Source: Pseudovirgaria hyperparasitica
Taxonomy: Eukaryota
NCBI GenBank assembly: GCA_010093815.1
Contig: ML996568.1
Length of the DNA stretch: 64,000 nt
Reading direction: 5' to 3' (one strand)
Shown here: piece after piece, positions 50,967-60,681 of the stretch
How the letters are laid out: every line of letters begins with the position of its first letter
Numbering within the stretch: position 1 is the stretch's first letter
Made by a program: the position numbers and the translations under genes
The notes under the pieces: model-generated
Database searches by the model: none
Told to the model about the DNA's origin: nothing
Seen by the model: only the letters and a program-made list of their open reading frames with translations

Positions 50967-53141
50967 ATGCCTAGCTTCGACAACGAGATTGACGCACGGG
51001 AAGGACATGGGGGACGAGGTGCCTCTAATGGTACCAGCAATGGAGTCACCGACCATAGCAAGGAGACTGTAAAGAGCTTGAAGAACGGCACAGACGCTCC
51101 GACTCAAGCCATCAATGGAGATGCAAAAGAATCAGAGAAACCATCGACTCAAGACGGAGAGCAAGCCGTCAATGGCAATTCAGAAGACCCCGAGAAGCCA
51201 TCCGCTCAAGAAGGAGAGAAGGCCGAGGAGAAACCCACCGAGCCTCCAGTCGAGCGAGGCTCAGTCAGCGAGGCCAAATCAATCTTTCGCGGACCCAAGG
51301 ACGACGACGGCGAATACACCTGGTCCGAGAAGGCCGAGGCAGAAGACAAAGCCGCCGAAAACGAGACGACTGCAAAGTTCGCCGTCGTCGTACGCAAGAA
51401 GAAGAGTTGTGATTCCCGCAAATTCTACGAGGCACACTCGCTCATCATCCAGAGCGCTCTCTTGAGGGAAGCTCTGGGTGAGGTCTTCAAGGACTATCCG
51501 GGCATCACGCCCTCGCTGGAGAGATTTGTTGTCTATGCTCCTTTCCGCCCCTTCGTTCACCGATGGACTGCGTTTCAAGCATATATGGCCCGCACCGACT
51601 TGAGCGATGCGATGAGGGAGCATCTGCAGATTCTGCACAGCATCTTGATGGAAGAGGTCGGTGACACGCTGAATGTCTTCCGCGACTATGTCAGCCTGGG
51701 TGTCATCACCTACGAGCACTTGTGGACTATTTTTCCCCCTGGGGAGGTCGCCATACTGGTCCGCAATGGGAACCGCATCTCTGCCTTTGAGGTGAAAGAA
51801 TCGAATTACATCCAGACACGCTGTGGACCGTCCATGGAAGTCTACCAGCGAATGGTGGACGTGGACGGTGAGTCTGACACGTTCGGCTGGACTGAATCTA
51901 CTGCCATCATTCCGGGCTTCAACGGAACTCGTAAGATCAACGACCTGAAAGTGTATCCGATCAAGTTCCACGAGGACAAGGACAAGCTGGAGAAGACGCT
52001 GATTGAGCGGGGAAAGAAGTTTGAGTCTCTTCGTGGCTATCAGTTCAAGCAATATTCTGGCATGGCCGTGACGTGGAATCGCGACGAGGTCGAGTTGCAC
52101 ATGCAGACAGCTGGCAGGGTTGTCATCGACGTCAAGTCGTTTGACAAATGGAGCCCCTTTGCTGCCAGAGACATCCAGAGGATGGGCAACATTGACGAGC
52201 TGAAATTCACCGAAGCCTGCAAAGAAGGTCTACTCGACGAAATGGCGGAAGAAAAGAGAGCCTCGGCAACCGTTGCTACCAAGCTCACGCCATATCACCA
52301 GATGGTATGTTTCCCTCGAGTGCGCGGCTACAGCCTGAAAACCAAGTCATGGCTCGACTTCTACGTCGAGAATGTGTCCGACATTGAATGGAACGACAAG
52401 GCTTTCGAGAGCTTGGTGCTGCCCGAGGACCAGAAGGAGATGATCCTCGCCTGCACAGAAGCGCAAGTAGACAACAAAGGAGACGGCTTCGACGACGTCG
52501 TCAAGGGGAAAGGAGAAGGCCTCATCATGCTGGCCTCTGGGCCCCCTGGCGTTGGCAAAACCCTCACCGCCGAGGCCGTGGCCGAGCATCTACGCGCACC
52601 ACTCCACATGTTGACGTCGGGCGATCTAGGATCCAGCGCTGGAGATCTAGAAGACCAGCTCCAGTCAGTACTGGACATGGTAGGCCGATGGAACGCCATC
52701 CTGCTCATCGACGAATGCGACGTCTTCCTCGAGGCGCGCTCCGTCCACGACCTCGAGCGCAACAGAGTCGTCTCCATCTTCCTCCGCACGCTCGAGTATT
52801 ATCAAGGTATCCTCTTCATGACCACGAACCGCGTCAAGGAGATCGACCAGGCCTTCCAGTCGCGAATCCACGTCTCGATCGAGTACCCCGCCCTGACCAA
52901 GGACTCGCGGCGGCAGATCTGGTCAAACTTCCTCAGGAAGTCCGAGTCGTTGGCGGGCTTCTCGGACCACGATCTTGATGAGCTGGCTACGGCAGACTTG
53001 AACGGTCGCCAGATCAAGAATGTGCTCAAGACGTCGCAGCTGCTTGCGTCGCGGCGGAAGGAGAAGCTCAGTCGCAAGTTTGTGGACACGGTGCTGAAGG
53101 TCGAGAGTCTGCGTCCAGAGGCATCGCACATATACATGTAA
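50967..53141 (+). CDS. Fungal AAA+ ATPase with extended N-terminal domain
   Basis: Walker A GPPGVGKT, Walker B LLIDECD, sensor/Arg-finger MTTNR...AFQSRIH and LNGRQIKN. Confidence 0.88.
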   Translation: MPSFDNEIDAREGHGGRGASNGTSNGVTDHSKETVKSLKNGTDAPTQAINGDAKESEKPSTQDGEQAVNGNSEDPEKPSAQEGEKAEEKPTEPPVERGSVSEAKSIFRGPKDDDGEYTWSEKAEAEDKAAENETTAKFAVVVRKKKSCDSRKFYEAHSLIIQSALLREALGEVFKDYPGITPSLERFVVYAPFRPFVHRWTAFQAYMARTDLSDAMREHLQILHSILMEEVGDTLNVFRDYVSLGVITYEHLWTIFPPGEVAILVRNGNRISAFEVKESNYIQTRCGPSMEVYQRMVDVDGESDTFGWTESTAIIPGFNGTRKINDLKVYPIKFHEDKDKLEKTLIERGKKFESLRGYQFKQYSGMAVTWNRDEVELHMQTAGRVVIDVKSFDKWSPFAARDIQRMGNIDELKFTEACKEGLLDEMAEEKRASATVATKLTPYHQMVCFPRVRGYSLKTKSWLDFYVENVSDIEWNDKAFESLVLPEDQKEMILACTEAQVDNKGDGFDDVVKGKGEGLIMLASGPPGVGKTLTAEAVAEHLRAPLHMLTSGDLGSSAGDLEDQLQSVLDMVGRWNAILLIDECDVFLEARSVHDLERNRVVSIFLRTLEYYQGILFMTTNRVKEIDQAFQSRIHVSIEYPALTKDSRRQIWSNFLRKSESLAGFSDHDLDELATADLNGRQIKNVLKTSQLLASRRKEKLSRKFVDTVLKVESLRPEASHIYM

Positions 53142-53536
53142 GCGACCGTGGATATTCGAATGTTTTTCTGGCGTTTTCATGGGTGAGCATTTAGACAGCA
53201 ACATTCCAGGCGCTCTTCATGCATGGGTATACATGTTAGACGTCCGTTCAGATACGAAGTCAACGGAGATTCTTATTTTCCGTGACGAAATAGAACATAC
53301 GCTTGAACAGACATTTTGACCAGAACCTTATATCGTCAATGCCTCACGTAATTGAAATTCTCGCTATAACAGTATGAGAGCGCACTATTCCAATGCTCAA
53401 CCCCAGAGAGCAGATGACCCATGCTGAATACCAGTCAAACCAGATATAAAAAGCCCATCCAGTCGACAAGCCAGCCTCCATCCATCTCAATGCAAAACCT
53501 CTCCTCCAACACCCACGCATCCCTCCCCACCCCCAT

Positions 53537-54715
53537 CTAAACCCCATCCCAACGCGCATACAGATCCCCCGGCAACATCCTCTCACCCTCACCCCCATCC
53601 CAAACAACCAGCCTATCCCCCCCCTCATCAAACCGCACAACCCCACTCCCAACCCGCCTCACCACCGCCCCAATCCTCCGAATCAACACCCCCAACCCCC
53701 TCAAAACCCCCTCATTCCCCTTCTCCCACGCCGCCAGCTCGCCAGCCACGTCCTCGACGCAGGAGACGCCAAACGTGCCTCGCTCGTGGTACGCGCGCAC
53801 GAGCTTCGGCGTCTGCGAGAGCCAGAGCTGGGGCGCGATCTCGGCGAGGGGGATGGGCTTGTGCTGGACGCGGGTCTTGATTTCGAGGATGGAGGATGCG
53901 GCGATGGTGCGGCCTGTGGGGTGGATGGTGAGTTTGAAGGCCGGGAAGGTGAGGGGTGTGGGGGGTTGTGAGGGGCTTATGGTGAGGGTTTGGAGGAGGG
54001 CGTCGAGAGAGGCTTCGTCGTCGTGGGCGGGAGGTGTGAAAGTGCATGTGGACGTGGATTTGGATGGCGAGGGGACATGAGGATTCTGGTCCTGCTTGTC
54101 CAGCACATATCCGTCCGTCTCAAAGCGGACGAGCAGCTTCAGGCCGTGAAAGGTGTAGGAGACGATGCGGTGATGTCCGGTGCCGTGCTCGACCTGGTTC
54201 TCCGTGCAGGCCTCCTCGAAGCTATGCCCGTAGCCCATGAATTCATTCTTGCCGATATACGTCGTCGCCGCCGTGTCTTCGCGGCAGAACACAATCGTGT
54301 CCTTGACGCACTCGACCCTGATGGTGAAGGACTCGCGCCGGCGCGCAGGGGTGTTGGGATCGACGAATGAGAGGAGTTTGCGCAGATTGTTGCGGTCGCT
54401 GACGAGGTCGACGGTGGTGATGTCGAAGGACGGTTGGGTTAGGTATAGGGCGCGGAAGAGCGGCTCGAGCGGACTGTCCGGGTGGCGGGCCGCATTCTGG
54501 GAGATGTAGATGAGACCAGAGTCTTTCTTGACTGCGCTGGCGCGACGGAGACCGGTCCAGAGGTTTGGACAGCCGGGCACGGCGATTGTGGGGTTCTTGG
54601 TCTCGATCCAGTTGTAGGACGAGAGGTGCTGTAGATCTGTGATTGTGGCTGGGAAATCATGACTGGTGTCTTCCAGATCGGGACGAGTTATTTCTGCAAG
54701 GATTGAAGGCGCCAT
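53537..54715 (-). CDS. Rai1/DXO-like PD-(D/E)xK nuclease-fold protein
   Basis: Ordered motifs DRNNLRKL, GYGHSFE, LVRFETDG, LEIKT and PQLWLSQ, matching the order of Rai1/DXO motifs (R; GxxFE; ExD; EhK; Q). Confidence 0.6.
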   Translation of the reverse strand: MAPSILAEITRPDLEDTSHDFPATITDLQHLSSYNWIETKNPTIAVPGCPNLWTGLRRASAVKKDSGLIYISQNAARHPDSPLEPLFRALYLTQPSFDITTVDLVSDRNNLRKLLSFVDPNTPARRRESFTIRVECVKDTIVFCREDTAATTYIGKNEFMGYGHSFEEACTENQVEHGTGHHRIVSYTFHGLKLLVRFETDGYVLDKQDQNPHVPSPSKSTSTCTFTPPAHDDEASLDALLQTLTISPSQPPTPLTFPAFKLTIHPTGRTIAASSILEIKTRVQHKPIPLAEIAPQLWLSQTPKLVRAYHERGTFGVSCVEDVAGELAAWEKGNEGVLRGLGVLIRRIGAVVRRVGSGVVRFDEGGDRLVVWDGGEGERMLPGDLYARWDGV

Positions 54716-55495
54716 CTGAGATGGGAGATTGTAGTCTTGTAGATGAAGAAGAGATGGAAGGTGAGGATGAATGGTAAACGATGATGATGAACGATGGAAG
54801 ATGAATGATGAATTATGTAGGATGAAAGACGAAAGACGAAAGATTATATATGAAATACACGCTCTGGCAATCTAAAAGTGAACAGGGATAACGAAACTAG
54901 CTCCGTGTAACAGAGCACATCCAAACATATTCAGTCGTCAGAGGTAGTAGTGTATGACGCAAGTTTCACGTCTTTGCACAAATTAAACTCATATCTACAT
55001 CTCCATCCAGACTTATTCTTAAAAACCCCGCCAAATTACCCCTAACCCCTAAATCCAGTCTTATAACGAGCATACCAGTCCATCGTTACGACCAATCAGT
55101 CCTACGTACTACCTGTCAGAAACAACAGCACCAGAACGATATATATAGTCAAAAAACGATAACAGTCATCGGCAGAAATCTGTAAAAAGCACAACAATAT
55201 ACCACAGATTCACGCCTACCATCCAGGACAAGCATCGTAAACACCAAGACAACAGCCCGACCCTGTTGCTCGAAACCAGACACAAACGCCACCCCGTCTC
55301 CTGGCTATCCATGTATCAACCTCCCCAAGCAGACCAAACCACCCATAACGCCCCTAGATCTCCGATAAAATGCATTCCTCACCGACCCAAACCACAAACC
55401 CCCGCAAACACGGCCCATCAGTTCACATTGCACGAATCACAAGAAGCATGCAACATCCTCTCCTGGAGAACCCACGTTCAGCGTGTTGAATTCAA

Positions 55496-56134
55496 CTAAT
55501 ACACCTCAGACACCCGCTGTCTATAATACCCCTCAATCCTCCGCACTCTCCCGGCTTCCTCCCGCACCAGCACCCGCATATTCTCCAGCTTCGCAACTGC
55601 CTCCTCGCCCCTCTCCCCTGCAAATTCAAACCCGGCAAGCATCATGTCCAGCCGGCTCAGCACGGCCTACTGGCGCCGTCTAGACGCAGCGACGACTTCC
55701 AGCCCGCGGCGAGCGTGCAATTGGACGGCATTGAGCCGTGCTTCGGCGGAGGTGAGCGGAGTTGGAAGGTGGCGTTGGGTGTGGTGGAGAGTGGTGCGGG
55801 AGAAGGTGGTGTGTGTGTGAGAGGGGTGGAGGTGGGTGAGGCAGTGGAGGAGGTTGGCGTCGAGGGTGTCGAGGGCGAGGAGGACGTCGAGGGGGGATTG
55901 GGGGAGGGAGTAGGAGAGGGTTGAAGCGGCGGCTACGAGGGCAGCGATGAGGGTGGAGAGGTGGGATGGTGGGAAGAGGAATACTGAGATTGATGGTGGT
56001 GGAATCTCGGATGGCAGAGCGGTGGTTGGTGGTTGCGGTCGGTTGTTGTTGTTGTTGTTGTTGTTGGGGTCGCTTTCTGGCAGCGCTGCTGGCGATGGCT
56101 CAGGGGCTGGTGGCGTCGAGTGTGTTTGGCCCAT
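55496..56134 (-). pseudogene. Hypothetical protein gene with an internal TAG (55667-55669): recent nonsense allele or readthrough/editing
   Basis: ATG at 56134 (MGQTHS...). After CAG-TAG the frame stays open for 56 more codons with helical, protein-like sequence, ending at TAG 55496-55498. Confidence 0.5.
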
Positions 56135-57538
56135 GATGGAGAGGTGTGTAGTAATGGGGTTGGCTGGAGAAGCAGAGCGATTGGATGTGGTTTCGGCAGA
56201 GGATAGTCTGCCGCCGAGCTGAAAGGGCGGTGATCTTGAGGCGACTCGCACGATATCTCCTCCAGAAGGCGGTGTGGTCTTAGAAACGGGTTGTTCAGAC
56301 TGTGCGAGGACGTTAGCAGCGAGCAAAGAAAAGCTAGGAAATGTACACTACGCTATTGAACCATTGTGAGGTTGGCGATGGGCGATTCGAGGATAAGGTT
56401 TGTGAGAAGGCCGGAAGTTACAGAAGTTTCACCGCTTGAGATGATTTACCAGGGCGGACGGGCCTTGGGGCTCTGTTCACTTTGTTCAGCTAGCCGTGCG
56501 TCATTGTCGCGTGTTCGTAGTGACATTACATGGTGAACGCGTTGCGCGAGGTGAATAACATTGAAGGAGAAACTGCTACAATACATGAGAATCTCGTGTT
56601 ACAGGTCAGCTGAAACTATCAAGCTTGTTGCAAAAAGGGGCTTCTATCATCAAACATATCCCAACGCGCGCAGCAATACAAAAAACACCAACTTTCTCCA
56701 AAAGCCAGCCTTATCCACATCCCCTTAGCTATCCACATACATGACCCAAACCATCCCCTCTCTCATTCAAACTCATTCGTGCCCAGCACTCCCTTCCAAC
56801 TCAAGACCCTCCATACAGCACCCCCGCCATCCTCCGACGCAACGAACTTCAAAGTGTTGTCATTCCATCCACATCTTAAAGTACTACATCAGATTTATGG
56901 TCCTTGACTTTGTACGACGTCGAGTATGAACGGATGGGATAGTATATTGATAGTGTTATGGTTGTGTTATACCGGTATAGTGGGCTTGATATCAGGTCCT
57001 TCTACCATTGTACTATTATAACACCACACACTAAGGGGGTAGGGATTGATATACTACTATGATGGCAACGACGACGACGATGACTACGGACAAAAGAGTC
57101 CCTGACGTGCGAGCGGGTTTTATGTATGTTTATATGTACATTTATATCTACCGAGGGGTGAGGGGCGAGGGGTGAGAGGAGGGCGATGATCTTTATTAGA
57201 CACATTGCCTTGCGTGGATGCATGTTTGTTTATTTATCCATTAATTATGCCTATGATATTGGAAGCATAGAGGGCATTGAGGGCCATAAGCATTCATGAG
57301 CAGTCAGCAAGTTACAGCCTACAGGTAAGATACACACATACATACACACAAACCTCTTGATACCAAGGATAAAAATTCATGTATTATTTATAGGTGTATA
57401 TAACCACATGACATCTTCTACATCATTCATTACTCATTCGCTCGCTGCGGGTACCAAGGAGCCCCTTCCCCCGCGGCGAGCGACAAACAGCCAAACTTCC
57501 GAGAACAGGATTCACAGCAAGACCAGATACATCATCCC

Positions 57539-57922
57539 CTACTCCGCCCGCCCATAAGCCCCCAGATACCGCCTCTCCATATCAACATCACTGTACGGCC
57601 GCCCCGCATCCTCGACACTTGCATCGCCCGGCCGCAACACCGCGGGCGTCGTCGTCGTAAACGCCCCCGTTCCCATACCCGTCCCGATCGGACTCACACT
57701 GCGACTTGCCGACCGCTCGTAAACCTCCGGGATAGTCTTGGCCTCCATCCCGTGCTCCACGACATCCGTCTCGCCACCACTCGGATTGTTGTGAGGAGGC
57801 TGGAGGTACGTGCCGAGGCCGGAGGGAAGACTGTCTGGTGGCATTCCATGGAAGTGCGGCGTCGAGGACTTGGGCGGCGCGTCAGTCGGCGTGACGACGA
57901 CGGTCTGGTGCTGTGCGTTACC
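57539..57922 (-). pseudogene. Detached 3' end (127 codons + stop) of the 7-TM gene
   Basis: Removing the element and one TSD gives ...PSHQN-GNAQHQTVVVTPTDAPPKSSTPHFHG-MPPDSLPSG...YGRAE*, in frame with ORF 57539..57844. Confidence 0.88.
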
Positions 57923-57930
57923 GTTTTGAT

Positions 57931-58604
57931 CAGAATTCCTAACAATCAGTTTAGTTTAACTTTAGGCCTCTAGTTAAACTAGACTAAAGTACTTTAATCC
58001 TAGCTATTATAGAATCAGATTAAACTATTAATTCTAGTAGTAGAATTAAAGTTAAACTAGACTAGACTAAAGTATATTAATAAGACTAGCTAAAAGTCTT
58101 AAAGATAGATAAAATTCAGTATTCTAAGGCTATATATCTATATTATCTATATAGTAATTCTTAATATCAGGCATGTGATTTGCACGTGACCCTATGTGTG
58201 TACAGTAGTCTTTTATAGTTAACTCCCGTTATAATAATTCAAAGACGGCCACGAAAATCCTATCGTTATAGCGAGATTATCGTAATATCGGTTTTATATA
58301 AGCTAGTTACCTAGGCGTTCATTAGACCCACGTGAGTTCTTATTACTAATTATAAAGGGCTTTCCTCTAGACCCCACTAATACCTATTCTATATCTATTT
58401 GTAGATCCATGGTTGGTGCGTGGAGCCCGCCACCTTACACTATCTATATATAAATTTAGTTTAGCTTAACTATTAGTAACTTAATCCTACTCTAGAATTA
58501 AATTAGACTAAAGATCTAACCCTTAGTAAGAGGCGTTAGTTAAACTAGACTAAGTTAATTCTAGAGAGGTAGAATTGAAGTTGGACTAATTATTAGGAAC
58601 TCTG
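57931..58604. mobile_element. Internal MITE-like unit (left TIR to first right-end copy), RIP-mutated
   Basis: A second right-TIR copy, ACTAATTATTAGGAACTCTG, lies at 58585-58604. Subterminal motif GTTAAACTAGACTA is repeated (~57973, 58051, 58539). Very TpA-rich. Confidence 0.75.
58440..58604 (+). repeat. 165-bp direct repeat, copy 1 (element right end); copy 2 at 60529-60693
   Basis: Ungapped manual alignment at offset 2089 shows 7 mismatches, 6 of them C/T or G/A transitions. Confidence 0.92.
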
Positions 58605-59035
58605 TAGCTCACTAATCGCCATTGCCTCCAATGGAGATAATATATAGCACAAGGCCTTGGATGACGACGATGTTATTGCTGTTCATGAATCATGCTCTCG
58701 ACAGCGCAATCTTTGCGGCTGAGACGTAACAAGAGAGTATCTCGGCATGTCGTTCCACAAGTACTGCTTGACATTCAGAATTTGTCAGTAAAAGAATTGC
58801 GTGAAATTCTAGCTAATAGTATTCGGCTAATGACCTTTTAAAAAGCACCGTGCCCGGGTTTACGCGAACTACAGTAGAAGAACGGTTCTATGGGAGTTTC
58901 AGAGTATGTCACAGCAAGGTCACTGAAGTAGGCTATAAGTAACGTCATTTGGCATTTATTTTATCTTAATTCAAAGCCACCTTCTTCCAAACTTACAGCC
59001 GCAAACGATATACCGCTAAGCCATCTATACCACCA

Positions 59036-59671
59036 ATGCATCTTCTAAACATCCTCGTCATTACTATCATTGGTATCACTACCAATATAGTCGTCGCCGA
59101 GACCAAATGCAGACCGCCGAACTGGTTGGAACGGACGGCTAACAAAGGCTTGGATAACGTCTATAAACATACTGATGCTTCTTTTATTCATGGCGTCATT
59201 GACTCTCTCCAAGCGGTACCTCTGGACGAATATCAGGCTTGTCCAGATCAGATGATAGAGCACTTTAGGCCTGGCGAGGAGAAAAGATACACAATCCCAG
59301 ATGATATTCTACCACCCGAGCTGAAGGGGGGTTTCGTCGTATGCCGGGAAAACGGTACTCCCCTTAATTATCAAGATATACAAGCTATCGAAGAGCTACA
59401 AATGGAGGCCTGCGAAGGAAAGGATAATAAATGGGGGAAACACGTCGGAGGCCAGCGTAAAGATTACCCTCATGGCGACGGCGTGGCATTTCAATGTGAC
59501 TATACTCCTCGGTTCCACAGCCATACGGTACAAACATGCGACCCGAAATCGCTCGCAGAAATGTTACTGCTTGTCAACCGATATTGTATGGATTATCCCG
59601 GTTGGTTTTCTATGGAGGCGTGGGACGTCACATATGGTCGGCAACACAAAGAGGCTCTAAAGCGCTGCTAG
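59036..59671 (+). CDS. Small secreted cysteine-rich effector-like protein (211 aa), cargo of the hAT-type element
   Basis: Intact intronless ORF. Hydrophobic signal peptide MHLLNILVITIIGITTNIVVA, 8 Cys, dibasic EEKR site, and a TATA-like TATAAG at ~58934. Confidence 0.8.
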   Translation: MHLLNILVITIIGITTNIVVAETKCRPPNWLERTANKGLDNVYKHTDASFIHGVIDSLQAVPLDEYQACPDQMIEHFRPGEEKRYTIPDDILPPELKGGFVVCRENGTPLNYQDIQAIEELQMEACEGKDNKWGKHVGGQRKDYPHGDGVAFQCDYTPRFHSHTVQTCDPKSLAEMLLLVNRYCMDYPGWFSMEAWDVTYGRQHKEALKRC

Positions 59672-60681
59672 GAGGTATTCTCGCAGCTAGCCGAACAGAG
59701 AGATCGGAATAGCGCCTAAAAGGTGATAGGTCGGAATTTGAATAAGATGGGAGTACCGCGGACTGTATATGTCACACGGCGACACTTTTTCGAAAGTCAG
59801 AAGTCAAAAGTCAGAAGTCAGAAGTCAAGAGTCTCTTTCGCCGTTACCCGCACAGATCCCACTTGGTACACGTGATCTTAACTGATTTGAACTGATTTTA
59901 ACCTTGCAGGCTTAAAAACAGCACTTAATCAACGTGTTTCTAATTGATCTCAATTGATTTTTATTCAAAGAAGTGTATGGATGTATTTGAAGCATTGAAT
60001 TGTATGTATTGTAGAGCCTTAGCTTTTGAGATGTGGGCCCGTGATATAGAAAATCTAGCCCTATGACACATGTAGTCTACGGTAATAGAGTTATCGATAG
60101 AAGATAGTAGTAACTTATATGACTAGTAAAGCTATAGTAGATGCTAATAGACACTGGCGATAAACCGGGCTAAATGGACCATACAATATCTGATTGGTTG
60201 ATGACGGGTTTATGTAATTATCAAGGTGCATCGCGATCGAGATCGCGGCCTCTTATACACAATGTAGCCGAGAACATGAGAAACCACCACTAAAGCGACT
60301 CCAACCATGATTCCAAGCCACCACATCGATAATGAGGTATTGTAAGATAGAATGATAGATCAATAGCACTTTTACTAATCTTGAAGCTATTAATTGTCTT
60401 TTTAATATAATCTGGTTAGGAGTACCGGAGTTATATAATATATCACGTGGTATATTATATAATTTTAAATTATATAACTTACTTCTAATAGATCTCGTTA
60501 AATCATCTATTTTTAAGAGAATATCTACCTATCTATATATAACTTTAGTTTAACTTAACTATTAGTAACTTAATCCTACCCTAGAATTAAATTAGACTAA
60601 AGATCTAACCCTTAGTAAGAGGCGTTAGTTAAACTAGACTAAGTTAATTCTAGAGAGGCAGAATTGAAGTTGGACTGATTG

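Noticed and set aside
55036..55052. Telomere-like CCCTAA motifs
   Set aside because: Only two imperfect units; compatible with chance.
57539..57945. ORFs 57539..57844 and 57694..57945 as independent genes
   Set aside because: The first is the detached tail of the 7-TM gene; the second is an alternative frame of it.
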